Source of the DNA: Callorhinchus milii
Taxonomy: Eukaryota
Length of the DNA stretch: 64,000 nucleotides
Direction of reading: 5' to 3'
Assembly: GCF_018977255.1 (NCBI RefSeq)
Contig: NW_024704742.1
Location: 15,502,001-15,566,000, forward strand
Each line of letters begins with the position of its first letter. Position 1 is the stretch's first letter. The position numbers were made by a program, and so were the translations under genes. The notes beneath the pieces are model-generated. The model had not been told where the DNA came from, made no database searches, and was given only the letters and a program-made list of their open reading frames with translations. Below, in pieces: positions 1 to 12,928 of this stretch.

Positions 1-221
1 TAAGTGATCAAATTATTGTTTTTTTTTTTAAATTTGGAAGGGATTATTACCACTGGAAAAGCGATCTGCCAATCGACTAACAATTGGGTTTCTACTTACA
101 ACTAGGTGAACAGAGGCGTGTGGAGTAAGGAAACTTGCCCAGTGTTTTGCCCTGCTGGGAATCAAACCCACGTTCTATTACTTGCGAGGCAAGTACTCTA
201 ATCACTGAGCTACAGGACTCC
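1..221 (-). mobile_element. tRNA-derived SINE (GGAGTCCTGTAGCTCAG family), partial
   Basis: Reverse complement of a tRNA-like head with A/B boxes; matches the other family copies in the window. Confidence 0.85.
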
Positions 222-706
222 ATTATCACTAAGCTACAGAATTTCTGCAGAGCTTCTACAAGTAGAGTAGTAACTTTAAGTTAAAGCATGAGTGCTTTAA
301 GAATGTCTACATATTATTGACAATGGAAAGCTATAAAGGCATACAGTAGTTCTACAGTCTGCAACTTCATCAAGGAAGGGCTGAGCTGTGGTCGAACAAA
401 AATAATATAAGAAGAGTCAGAAGGGTTGTCAAACCGGTTCTATCTGTCTATCTCACTGTCATTCCAAAGCAATTATTATGTTATACAGTGGACTTGGAAG
501 AGTGGAGGAATAGCAAGAGAATGTGAAAAACTGGAAGCATTATCTTTTTTCTTTTATTACGGTGCTCCGAGCAAGCTACAGATCAAAAGAAGAAATCAGT
601 CACTAGGGAATGCTTCAGAACATGTTACCTCTGCAAATTAATAACATTCATATATTTTTTTATCCTGAGCACAATCTTCTCACAAAGTCAGCATTGATTT
701 GTGTTT

Positions 707-1158
707 CAGCCTAGCTCAGTGTGTCAGCCTACCTTACTCTTGCCTCTGAGTCAGAAGCACACGTTGGGATTTGGAATCACATAGACTACACATAGACTAC
801 ATTCCAATGCTGTGATGGGGTGTTGCATTATTGGAGGTGCTGTATTCTTAAACCTTATTTGTAGGTGAAAGCCAACTTGCACATAGAAATATCCCACAAA
901 CCTCATGAAGTGAGTGACCAATTTTTACTTGGGGGATTGTTGGCCAGGACACTCCCTTCCTTTTTTGAATAGTGTAAAGGGATCTTTAACGTCCACCTGT
1001 ACAGGCACAGACAAGACCTCGGTTTAATGTCTCATGCAGAGGATGGTACCTCTGACAATGCAGCACATTCACTGCACTGGAGTGTCATCATAAACTATGT
1101 GAGTTCAAAGTCCCACAAACGTCTGACTCAGAGATGAGAGTGTTTCGACTGAGCTAGG
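707..1158. mobile_element. Two opposed fragments of an older DeuSINE-type SINE (+ ~707-860, - ~875-1158)
   Basis: Head CAGCCT.GCTCAGT..CCTCTGAGTCAGAAG on +; core GGGATCTTTAACGTCCACCTG..CTCGGTTTAATGTCTCAT is the reverse of the DeuSINE-like core. Family name from recall. Confidence 0.7.
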
Positions 1159-1169
1159 TGAACACATGA

Positions 1170-1880
1170 GCAAGTGAAAACAAGAGATTAAAAATAATTA
1201 ACAAGCAAAATACAGCCTGAACCAAACTAAACTTTCCACCTGTATATAAAATAAATGCCAACAGAAGTTTGAAACGAGCAGAGTTCCAATAATTCACGTA
1301 ATATAAACTGTGAGGAATACATTCTCAAGCAGGGATTGGTCCATCAACTGAAGACAGAAGCAAAGCTGCCTTTTCTGCTAAAGAGCCACTGAACAAGCTT
1401 TTCCTGGAATTCACGCAAGTTGCGTCACATGATCATATGCTTGAATGAACTTTTGAATGTGTGCAGCTTTGCAGAAACCTCCTTAGGCACTTCAAAAAGC
1501 AGAAACTGAAACTGTAAGATTGCAAGCAGACAGACAGAAATGGATACCGGCACAGACACAATGGGCAAATGACCTCCTTCTGTGCTGTATAATTCTATGA
1601 GATGCACACAGGCAGACACAGAGACAAACACATACAGACAAACACAAAGAGATGCAGAAAGATGCACAAGACAGAGATAGAGAGACAGATGCACACACAG
1701 TAACACAGAAATACACATTCAGGGAGATACAGAGGCAGTCACACACACAGAAACACACAGAGATGCAGAAATATACAGAGATAAAGAGACAGACACACAC
1801 ACACAGAAACGCACAGAAACACACAAATATGCAGAAATATACAGACAGCAGAGAGCAACAGAGGAAAGCCAATGACTTAA
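1170..1880 (+). repeat. Old local duplication, paralog at ~4815-5360, ending in a CA/GA low-complexity tract
   Basis: Shared blocks such as GAGCAGAGTTCCAA.AATTCACGT, TATAAACTGTGAGGAATAC, AGAGCCACTGAACAAGCTTTTC and GAGACAGATGCACACACAGTAACACAGAAATACAC. Confidence 0.82.
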
Positions 1881-2183
1881 ATCAGCTGCTACCCTCCTCT
1901 TTTGCCTCAGACACTGATCTCAGTCGTCAGAAAGCATTTCAACATGGGGATTCCTTCAGGATATGCCAAGATTTTTGGGAGAGGAGCATTTGAAATCAGG
2001 AATAGCATCAGAGCAGAGCAATCATCAGGCACAGCCATTGTGCTGAGGCTGCAGGATTCAATATTAGATATAGAATATAGGAACTGGGACTTTCACACTT
2101 AAATTCTGTTAAGTACCATGTGTCTTTCAATAATTACACCATTCAGTTGCTCAACATCCTCCTTTTGTAATGCTACCAGGTGT

Positions 2184-2592
2184 CAACCCTGCTCAGTTGG
2201 TACCACTCGTGCCTTTGAATCAGAAGGTTGGGACTTGAAATCACAAATCTAGGCTGACACTTCAATGCAGTATTGGGCAGAAATCACATTGTTGGGGGTG
2301 CCTTCCTTCGTATGAGATTCCAACTGTGGTCCCCTCTGTCTGTGTACATTATTAATCCCAGAGAAATATTTAAAAAGTGAAGCAAATTTCTCCCGGTGTA
2401 CTGGTCTACAANCCCCCCAATAAAATTGGTTCCTTACTTCATGGCTGTTTGTGGGACATTGCTGTGTGCAATTGGCTGCCACCTTTGCTTTCAAAAATAC
2501 AGTTACTACACTTCACAGTGTATTCTGTGAAGAAGTCAGATATTCTTCGGACCTGAAAGATGCTGTATCAAATGCAAGGATTATTATTATTG
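2184..2592 (+). mobile_element. Older DeuSINE-type SINE
   Basis: Head, core and AAATGCAAGGATTATTATT tail. Confidence 0.72.
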
Positions 2593-2884
2593 CTGAATAT
2601 TAATTCTGAAAACTGGACACATTTGGCAATAGTCTCTTAAGCAGTAATATTGCAATGTTCTTTGACTTCTGGGTGGCTAACACCAAAAGAGAAGAGTATT
2701 GGGTGGGAATGGGATGGGGAGGACTCCCGGGTGGGTCTAGAGATGGATCTCCTGGCTTTTTGCACTCTTTCCTTCTACATATCTATTGATCTATGATTCA
2801 GAGATGGCAACACAATTCTGGTTTGGAAATAATCTCACAGAACTTGATCTTATCTAAAGCTGCAATAATATTTTGCTTTCAGAT

Positions 2885-3114
2885 CCAGTGAGACAGCAGA
2901 ACAAGAGGACATATATTTAGAGTTGCAAATGACAATTTCAGGTTAACCACCAACATGTATGTTTGTTTTATCCAGAGGAAAATTATCAACTGGAACAGAT
3001 TGATAGAAAGGGTGTTTGTGGCCAGGATACTGGACTAATGTTTTTAAAAAAGCCCAATGCTGTGATGAGAAGACTGTTTTGTGAGTATTCTGGAAGGATG
3101 AGATCAAATGGGCC
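2885..3114 (+). mobile_element. CR1 3' fragment interrupted by the solo LTR
   Basis: AGAACAAGAGGACAT (RTRGH) motif; related to 43682-43878 and 9400-9450. Confidence 0.6.
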
Positions 3115-3708
3115 TGTGAGGAAAGAGTAAACAGTTAAAGGCTATTACTGCTGCAATCTCACTCTCTGATTTGTTAAAGAGAGGTTAAGAGAGTTCATGT
3201 TAAGATGGACAAATGTAGTTAACTATTACCATTACTTGATGACTACATGAATCGTGATGTTGCTTGAGCAAATAATTCACATCCTAGTAGATCATTATTT
3301 GCAACTTGTAAGACCGAGACAGAATCCCATCCCATTATGACTTTTAGGGTGTCATAAACAGGAATTGGCATTCTTTGGGTTAAGAACCTGATGGACACAA
3401 ATCAGAGATGAGTCATCTGAAACTTGCCTCCCTGCATGTAGAAGTTAGACTTTTGGGTTATAAAAGAAACTGTTTTAGTCAGCATTAATAAGATGCAGAT
3501 CTGAGACTCCTAGTGCCTGCTGAACTCCCAGAGATGGTACCGATCAATACTTTTCCTCTGAAACCTGGTTGCAACCGTTATTGCGTCTTGTGATAGTGGG
3601 TTACTCTCTTTGTACAATCATTGACTGTTGAACTGTAATAAAGGAAACAATTGTTAAACATTTAAATTGTGTGCATTATCTTTGTTATTAAAGCAAAGTT
3701 TCCTTATG
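3115..3708 (+). mobile_element. Solo LTR (594 bp)
   Basis: Termini TGTGAGGAAA...TTTCCTTATG form an imperfect inverted repeat; TSD GGCC/GGTC; TATAAAA ~3459 and AATAAA ~3637. The 3' half is homologous to the reverse complement of 43879-44110. Confidence 0.7.
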
Positions 3709-5984
3709 GGTCAAAGGCCCTTCTTCATCCAAGATTCTCATGATAACTGCAATTGGTGGACTGCAAATGTTTTCAACTTTAAAAACTTAGAAAATTGACA
3801 GGTCTTGTGGCAGGTCACCTTTACCTTCATAATTTTGGATCAGCCTGGCTCAATTGTTAGTATTCTCACCTCTGAGTCAGAAAGTTATGGTTCAAGCCCC
3901 ACGTTGGGACCTGGAATCACATAGTTTAAGCTGACACTTCAATGCAGTATTGGGGGTGTTGTGTTGTGGGAGGTGCTGTAATCTTAAACTTTATAAAGAT
4001 GAACTTGACAGCCAATTTGAACACAGCAATATCCCATATCTACCATGACATGAGTGACGTATTTGTACTTGGGGATTTTTGGCAAGAACATCGGAAGAAA
4101 CTCCTTTCTCTTTACAAATACAGTGAAACTCACATAACTCTTATTTTTATAAATTGTATAAACACCTAAGTCATAAATGCAGCTAAGTCCCATTCAGTCT
4201 CCTATCAAAATCACTTAGATTTCTTTGCACTTGTCATATTTTATAAGCAAATAATTTCCTGACTCGCAATGTCGCTCCCCTCTCCTACATTACTCCCACA
4301 CTCACTGGCTGTATTGAATCACAGGAAATAATGTCCTGACTCATCAACCCTTGCGCATTTACCAGCCAGCTGCATTAAATCCCAGGAAACATAGCCTTGA
4401 CAAATCACTGCAAGCGCAATTTACCAGCTGCAGTGATGAAGTACCACATGCACACTTACCAGCTGCAGAGTGTAGATTATTGATTAAATCTGATTTTATA
4501 CGAGTTATATAATTTGCCTGTAATTCGGCTTCATGTAAATCATATTAAATGTTATCTTCCTGACCAATACGACCTATGTGAGCTTGACTTCCGTGCCATG
4601 GGATCTTTAATTTCCACCTGAATAGGCACAGATATGATCTTAATTTAATTTCTCCTGCAAAGGATGGCAACTCAGACAATGCAGTGCATTCACTGCATTG
4701 AGGTGTCATCATGGACTATGTGAGTTCAAAGTCGCTTTGTGGGGCTTGAACCCACTAGCTTCTGACTCATAGGTTAGAGTGCTAGCACTATGCCAGATTC
4801 GCAAACATAAAACAGCAAGTGCCAACAAGAGATTGAAAACAACTACCAAGTGAAATATAGCCTGAAGCAAACCAAACTTTCCACTTGTGAAAAAAAATCT
4901 AATAGAAGATTGAAATGAGCAGAGTTCCAAGAATTCACGTGTTATAAACTGTGAGGAATACAGGGGTTGGTCCAACAACTGAAGACTGAAACAAAGATCC
5001 TTTTGTTCTGTCAGAGAGCCACTGAACAAGCTTTTCGTGGAATTCACATAAGTTGAGTTACATAATTAAATGCTTGAATGAACTTTGAATGTGTATGGCT
5101 TTACAGCAACTTCCTTCAGAGTTTCAAAAAGCAGAAGCTGAAACTCAAACTCACATAAATCATATCAGTTGGGACCAGAGTGGCACAGAGCCAGACACAC
5201 AGAACATATGAGACACAGATATACAGACAGATAGAGAGACAGATGCACACACAGTAACACAGAAATACACAAACAGAGAGAGACAGAGACAGGCATACAA
5301 GCAGAACACGGAGACACAGAAATTTGCAGACAGCAGAGGGCAACAGAAGAAGCCACTGATTGAATTCATGGCTTTTTGTGGAACATTTCTGTGCATAAAT
5401 TGGGTTGTTGCCTTCTCCTCAAAATACACTGTCACTTCATTTCATAGTAAATCCTGTGAAACGCTTTGAAACAACAACACCAGCAACTGTATTTATATAG
5501 CTCCTTCACACGGGGTAAAATTGAGAGAGGTCCCCCCGACGTGAATGATGCTATACCAGAAGGATTATTATCTTTTGCAAAGGTAGAACTAGGAAATAGA
5601 GGGATATAGATGAGGGGAATAGGACAAATGTGGCGTGTGTGGAGTATAAACATCGTCATGGCCTGGTTAGGCTGAATGACCTGTTTCCATGCTGCATCGC
5701 TCCACATAACTCTACTGATTAAAGATACAAATAAAACTTCAACATCCATAGCATCTGCAAAGTGTGATTCCTAGTGCATAGACATTTTCACCATTGTAAC
5801 CCTTTGTAAACTTGACCTTATTGTGGTGAATACCGCATTCTAATCCCCAGAAGATGGAGCTCAGGCCACAATACTGCATGAGGCAGAATTTGGCATTATG
5901 TGCAAAGCTGTGATTCAAACATTCTTGTAACGAAAAATTAGGTGATTAAATGAATGAGTAATAACACAAAGATCTAAATATTGT

Positions 5985-6370
5985 CAGCCTGACTCAGTTG
6001 ATAGCATTCTATCCTCTGCATCAGAAGGTTTTCGGTTCAAGCCCAAAACCAGTGCTTTGAACTCATATATTCTTGGCTAACACTCCATTGAGGTGCTGGG
6101 TACACTGTATTGCGGAGTTGGTGTTAAAGGTCACATGCACTAATCGAAAAGAGAATTGAGTTTTTCCCAGTATCTTGGCCAAGAATCACCCAGATAAAAT
6201 TGGTCATTCATTTCATGGTTATTTTTGTGGGACATTGCTTAGCTTAAACTGATTGCCATGTTCATTTGCAAAACACACAGTTGCTGTGCTTTACAGTATA
6301 TCCTGTGAAACGCTCAAGATATCCTCCCAAAATGAAAGGTGCCATACCAAATGCAAGGATTACTGCTATT
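5985..6370 (+). mobile_element. Older DeuSINE-type SINE
   Basis: Diverged head, core and tail. Confidence 0.68.
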
Positions 6371-9036
6371 AAAGTAAGCTTGTGGTACACAATTTAGAGC
6401 AGGGATTGACATTCTTTCAGGGTGAAGAGCTGCTAGGTATTTAATAATGGCAAAATCCTGGAAATCACGTGAATTCTGCAAAGTAAGTTGCTGTCTAAAT
6501 GATCTCATACTCCATAGCCACAGGCTGAAAAGGGATCTTATGACATTACAGCTGCAACTTAGCAGCTTCCCATTTCCCTGAACCATACACCAAAATCTGT
6601 GCATTGTATGTAGGACACACTTACTATGTAGGAAACATACCTAAAACAGAAAAAATGCACCAATGAAATTAACAAGTGATCAGGTTGATATCTGTATAGT
6701 AAATACCGCAGATTAACAGATACAACAATAACAACAGTTTGCATTTATATTTCATCTCTCGTGACGAGGGAACATCTCAAAGTATTTCACACAACTGATT
6801 GGAATGGGGGTGGAAGGTGAAGTTGATGGGGGTATAGGTCAAAGATGATTGAAAGAGCATTCAAAAAGATTTTAGGTTTTAAAAGAACCTAAAGAACCTA
6901 TAGATGCAAACAGGACACAGGGTTTTAATAGTAACTATAACATTGAATATTTTCATATATACAATCGGGTCACTTTCAAGCAAAACATATACAAAGAGGA
7001 GAACAACATCAGAGTGTCAGATGTTGTGGGCTTGGGAGAAATATAAATATTCCTTTTGTAATGCTTGTTTAAAGAAACAGACATTTATTTTTCCAGCAGG
7101 CAACTTGAATGTTATGCAACTAGAGAATTATTGAATGTTATCATGCGATTCAAAAAGTGGGCCTCAGGAAGAAAATAACATTGACAGCAGAGAAAGTACT
7201 TGAACATTTTATTACGATCATTATTATCATTATTTATATACCGATCACTGAAGTAATAAAGAGAGTCAGTATGAATTTACCAGATGTAGAGTAGTCTTTC
7301 AACATCGAGTTAAACAAGAATATTTTAAGAGATAATAAGAATAATCCTTGCATTTGATAGTGTCTTATCACATTGTCAATACATCTCAAAGTGCTTCACA
7401 GAATATACTGTAAAGTGGATTGTTTGTGAATTTTATCAAGGAAAATTAACATAGTCAATGAATCCTGATCAGGGGATAGAGTTTACTTAGATTTTTACAC
7501 TACATTTGTTAAAGTTGCACATGCTGATGCATTGGACTAAATCCCTGTCAAACCAGTGACCTGCTTTATAAATGTTGCAGTGCATGTTGGTTGATATTAT
7601 ATAACCACCTGGAATCTGAGAGCTTCTGTACCGTGCATTCTATCAGTAGCCATCCAAACTGCAACAGATAATGGCGATACAGGGGCTGGTCCTCTGCAAA
7701 TCTCCCTCCTGTCAATAATTATGAGCTGATGAGGGTCTTTTTCCCACAAACAGCTCGTCTCCATTCTCAATCAGGGACGGTGTAGTCTGGTAGCCACTGT
7801 ATAGTTTGTGGAGTGCATCTGTTTACCATCACTCCTCTGCACTATAGTCTACATCAGTTTTTCCAGGCCTTTTTTAGTACCACGTAACAACTCCGNTTTT
7901 TAATAATTGATTATATTTGAGACTTATGTAACTTTAAGCCTAAAGCACTCACAACATATCATGAAAGATTGTTTGGATGAAGCATCACTGTGCATTATCA
8001 CATACTTAATAAGGGTAGTTAAGTGCTGAATTTTTTTAAAAAATTGCAAACTGATATAACACATAATAGTCATCTCCAGATTAAAGCATTCTTGGCACCT
8101 GCACGATTCTCTGTTAATTATGTCCAATGTGTATCCTTCGAAATACATATGATACTGTTATAAAGCAACACAGCATTGACTTCTCTGGATTTTGTAGCTC
8201 AAACCAAAGCCTTGAAGTATTAATTGTAGACATGTAAAAATTTCATTGACACAAATGTATAGAATGGAAACAGGCCATTCGGCCCAACTGGTCCGTATAT
8301 TTCTTATGTCCCCTCATTATTGATTCCCCAACCAGTGGAAACAGCATTACATTTCTTTGTTGATTTCAAAGGTTTGAGAAATAGAGTAGTGAAAGAATAT
8401 TGATTTACTTTTACTTTCGGATTGGGAATATAGAGTTTTAATTTATATAAAACAAATACATATCGGACATGTTTTCCACCTTCTCCCACTTTTGGGTGGT
8501 CATCTGTAAGGAGCCGAATTCCAATGTTTCTATTAACATTAATGAGCAATTTGTATTGCGTTAAAGTAAATGAAGTACTGGTATGTTGGAAGACTTCCGG
8601 TTAACATTAGACTTTTTCTTTCAGAGACCAAAAGACTGAAGCAATAATGAGATGTGCCGATTCCACACCTGGATAACTTCAGTACTGAGAACCAGAGTAA
8701 ACACAGAAATGGTTTGGCATCAGATGTCCAACTCATTAAATAAAGCCCATCGTTCCCTTTTGTAACTTGTTTGTTATGGTTTAAAAACTCTTTTCTATAC
8801 TGATGCATTTTCCTTTTTCCGATAATATTATATTGTGATATAGTACTGCGTTTTGATAGTGGGTATGTTAAATTGGTGAATATTTTAATTGTTTAAAGAA
8901 TATCCAATTAACAAGGTCAAATTACGTATTGGAACTGAATGATTTTGTTAATGTTCACTGCCCTTTGAATTGGAGCTGTGATTTCCTTGTAAAATATCCA
9001 TTGTCAGGAAATGAACATTGCAAGAAGCATTTTGAC

Positions 9037-9063
9037 TAACCCTAACCCTAACCCTAACCCTAA
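9037..9063. repeat. Short interstitial (TAACCC)n telomere-type repeat (also ~18335-18360, 26764-26784)
   Basis: About 4, 4 and 3 hexamers in the three units. Confidence 0.8.
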
Positions 9064-10189
9064 TCCTGTATAAAGTGTGAATTGTATTATGTATAGCAAT
9101 GCTCATCACTGAATCACACAAAACTGTCCCAAAATGTGTCAATATAACTTCTTGTGCTGCGTTTAAAAGCAATCTACTGCCTCAAATGTCATTCATTGCT
9201 GAATGATATGAACTGTGTATAAATTGTGTAATTGTAACATTTGCTATGCTGCTACCAGTTAGCAATCAACTGTCTGAAATGTATGTGCAAGTGGAAGTCA
9301 ACTTAAATAGTTCTGTGTTCGAATTGTTGTGTTTAAAACTGCTGAATATATTGAACAATGTTTCTACACTTGGCTTTTCCAGAACAATACTTCGCACCAA
9401 GACAGTGGAACAAGAGGACACAGGTTTACAGTTGCAAATGGTAATTTCAGAACATAAGACATCTCAAACCCTTGACAATGCTACCTGGGTGCCCAAACTG
9501 GAGGTGAGCTGTGGGGACGGGGAGAGATATGATGATTAAAATCTTGATCAAATCCTGCATAAGACAAATATCTTTGACCATGGCTATGGTCACCTTACAT
9601 CTCCCATCTGACCTCATCTTGCAAAGTACTCGAAGAGGTTATCCTACATGAAGATGCAAGTTATTATTGTTGTTTAGTTGTCTTAAGCTGAGAAAGATAA
9701 CAAGAATATTACAACAACAACAACAACAACTGCAAAATTACATTAGTATAATACAGTGATAGAGAACAGTGGAGTCTGGTTGAAGCGAATGAGATTTTTT
9801 TTAAAAAAAATTCAGAACTTTCACAAATGGCAGCTGCTGAGCTAATGTGAAAAGCAGGTTTTGTGATATGAAACCAGATGAACGACAACTCCAGATGCAC
9901 GAATCAGCGGCCACTGTGAGTTTTGATGGCAAGTGTCAGAATGTTATAAACAATAGGGAACCAATATAACCAATCCTAACTGTGTCATCATCTAACATCT
10001 ACACAGATTTATTTTTCCACACAGGTCATTGCATTTTAGGAAAACAATAATAAAAATAATAGTAACAATAATAATAATAATAATAATAATTCTTGCATTT
10101 GACATAGCACCTGACTGCATGGATTTGCTAACAAATATTCTTATAAAAAGCCAGTCAGTGGGTACACAATTCAAAAAGAGAGATCAACA

Positions 10190-11122
10190 AAAAAATTATA
10201 TTTGTATAGCGCCTTTCACGTTGGGAGTACATCCCAAGGTGCTGGACAGAGTTTCGGACCCGAGCTGGGGGTTGGTATTGAGGAGGGTGGAGTGTCCAGG
10301 GGAAGCAGAGAGATCGAAAGCATAGATGAAGAGGAGTGTCTGAGATGGGTATTGAATGAGGCAAGGGAGTGGACGAGGCGGAGTGACTGCGTGATGGAGT
10401 TCCAGAGGGTGGGGGCAGAGTGGCAAAAGGCCAACACACCAATAGTGGGGGAGCGAAATGGGGGGCGTTAAGCAAGCCGGAGAACGCTGAGTAGACGGAG
10501 CAAGACAATGGAGGGCTTTCAACGTGAGGACCAGGAACTTGAACTGTATCCTCTGTGTGATGGGAAGCCCATGGAGTCGGGTGAGGATGGGGGTAATAGG
10601 GCCACGGAGCCTGGTGCAGGAGAGGACACAGGCTGCAGAGTTCTGGATAATCTGCAGCCTATGGAGGGAGGAGTTTGGGAAATTGACAAGCAAGGAGTTT
10701 GCAAAGTGAAACCTCGATGTAATGAAAGCGTGTATGAGGGTTTCAGGGGCCTGTGCTGTGAGACAGTGGCGGAGCCGGACGATGTTGCGGAGATGGAGGA
10801 GGGTAGAGTGGATCATAGCACAGATGTGGGATAGAAAGGATATTCGAGGGTCAAACAAGTCGCCAAGGTTCCGGACTTGCTTAGTGAGGTGGAGGATACA
10901 GCCATGGATGGTGATGCTGTCAGCGCCTGAAGTGTGGAGGCGCTGATGGGAGACAATCAGGAGAACCTCGGTCTTGTTGATGTTCAACTCCCATCCAGGA
11001 CTTCATGTCTGACAGACATACTATTAGGACAGCAGTGGTCCTGGAGTCAAGGGTGGAGATAGAGATGTCGAGTTGGGTGTCACCTGCATACATGTGGAAG
11101 ACGACCCCATGTCTGCGGATGA
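10190..11122 (-). mobile_element. Older L2 3' fragment (unit 1)
   Basis: Translation shows KTEVLLI, VRNLG..FD, ETLIHAFITSR, HITP/LHWLP-like motifs and a degenerate YAGD, with frameshifts. Confidence 0.88.
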
Positions 11123-12719
11123 AAGTTTGCTAAAGAACCAGAGTCCTGTACAACCAGTTTAAAAGAAGAAAACTTCCGGGAATTCACAAACAAGTTCAGA
11201 AGCACAGATATATGAATAAATCCTTACTCTGGAATTCTGTAATGTTTCCGGATTTGAAAGTTACCGAGGGTCCAGTTCCACATTACACTCTGTGGTTTGT
11301 CATCTAAACCACCGAGTGTGAGGAAGAACTGCACACTTAGTAACTTTCAAATGTGGAAATTTTAAAATAAACTTCAATTATGAATCTCCTTTTTCCAGGA
11401 AACCTTTACAGATGAGCAATAAATCATCCATTAATACAATAAAATGTGATCAGCATTACTCAACAATTTGGTGAAAAAATAGCGGCTGAACATTGCAATG
11501 TTGCCACATGTTGCCTAATGTACTATATTATATAATATACTAATTTGCACATTGAATTTAACGTTGTCACAATATTTAACATTTGCACTGGGTCCCAGGC
11601 ATGTCGGAGACAATCTAGCCCTCCTCCTCTCAATACCCTTCTAAATAGCAAGAACCTAGTTTTCGCTTTGTATTGGATTTTGAAGCTTTGTGGATCAGAT
11701 TGATGATGAATGCAACAGCAGGTTGTTCTTAAGAAATGCAGAAAACAATTTAACAATTCAATCTGAATTGAATAATTTTCAACAATTCTGTGAGATCTTA
11801 ACGTTTAAGACAAATGCTTCTACAGACTAGGATTAGGTTGAATTTAGGTCCTTTCCATGCTTGCAAGCTCGCACTCCAAGGACATTCGGGAATCTTGGCT
11901 GCCGGTGTGCAAATTTGCTGTCACTGAATTTCGCAGTAAAATCCTTTAAAACCTTTTGAGACATTACAACGGCGTACTATTTCAGCGGCATGCTGTATTA
12001 TGATGCTGTTAAGCACTCTAAGATGCTTCCCTATGTGGAGGTTGCCAGATAAATGCAAGCTGTTGTTATTGTTCCCACAAAATATACAGTTAATTCACTT
12101 TACAGTATATTCTATGAAGCGCTTTGAGATGTCTCAAAGACGTGATAAGGCGCTATATCAAATGCAAGGATTATTATAATTTGGCAGATATTTTTGACAG
12201 TTTTGTAGCTGTCACAGCTTCAGATTGAAGATAAGTGACAATCTTAATCACTTATAACATTTGCCACCAAAATTCACACGTGACTGTATTTCAACAATCG
12301 TGACCCATTCTTAGTCAACATTATTTTTGCACTCTCACTAATGTATGAAGTTAATAGCATGAAAACTCTGACACATTTCTCGTAATTCATAGGTTTAGAG
12401 TCTGCTTTGTGTTCCCCTTTATTATAATCTGAAGGAGCGTGCCAAGATCTCTTAAGCGTTAAATGTAAAATCTGGAACTGGATTTGGCTACACATGGCTG
12501 AAAATGAATATTGTGGTGAACAACAGTACATGCATTCCTGAAAGCTGTGTAGCCCTCAATAATGTTTTGTTGCATATCAATTTGTGAGTAATGATTGATC
12601 AAAAGGTCTTGAGGGAAGAGGATTATTTCTTTGAAAAAATGACAGTGACAAATTAATTTCTACTGTTAAAGGCTTGGACTGTAGAAGGTTGACGTTCATG
12701 GGTTGGAAAGAGTCAAAAA

Positions 12720-12824
12720 TTAAGCAATAGACGAATGGGGGATGTCCCTTAACCAACAAATGCCCTGTTTGGTGGATTTCATTTCCGCTGCTTGCCAAGT
12801 GAAAGGAGAAATTCACAATAAATA
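12720..12824 (+). promoter_or_regulatory. Putative proximal promoter of chemokine copy 1
   Basis: C/EBP-like TTAAGCAAT 12720-12728; kB-like GGGGATGTCCC 12738-12748; TTTCATTTCC (GGAAnnGAAA Ets-IRF/ISRE-like on minus) 12777-12786; AAGTGAAA 12797-12804; TATA-like AATAAATA 12817-12824, ~105 bp before ATG. Motif matches only. Confidence 0.55.
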
Positions 12825-12928
12825 GCGGTTCAGAGGAGCTTTCTGGCATTGAATTTCACTGCGAGAGAAACAGTGAGACAGAGTCAGGCAAGAGACCCTG
12901 CAGCAGAAATCCATTCAACAGCACTAGG

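Noticed and set aside
1425..1993. Cys/Val-rich and Gln/Thr-rich ORFs (also 5116-5435, 58386-58748)
   Set aside because: Translations of CA/GA/CT low-complexity DNA.
6490..6660. Minus-strand acceptor (ttttctgttttag|) followed by Cys-containing sequence ending EYEII, like a chemokine exon 2 relic
   Set aside because: Early stop, no CxC in a consistent frame, no donor after EII, and no partner exons found.
8304..8808. ORFs repeated in all three units
   Set aside because: Conservation reflects recent duplication; no coding signature or known motif.
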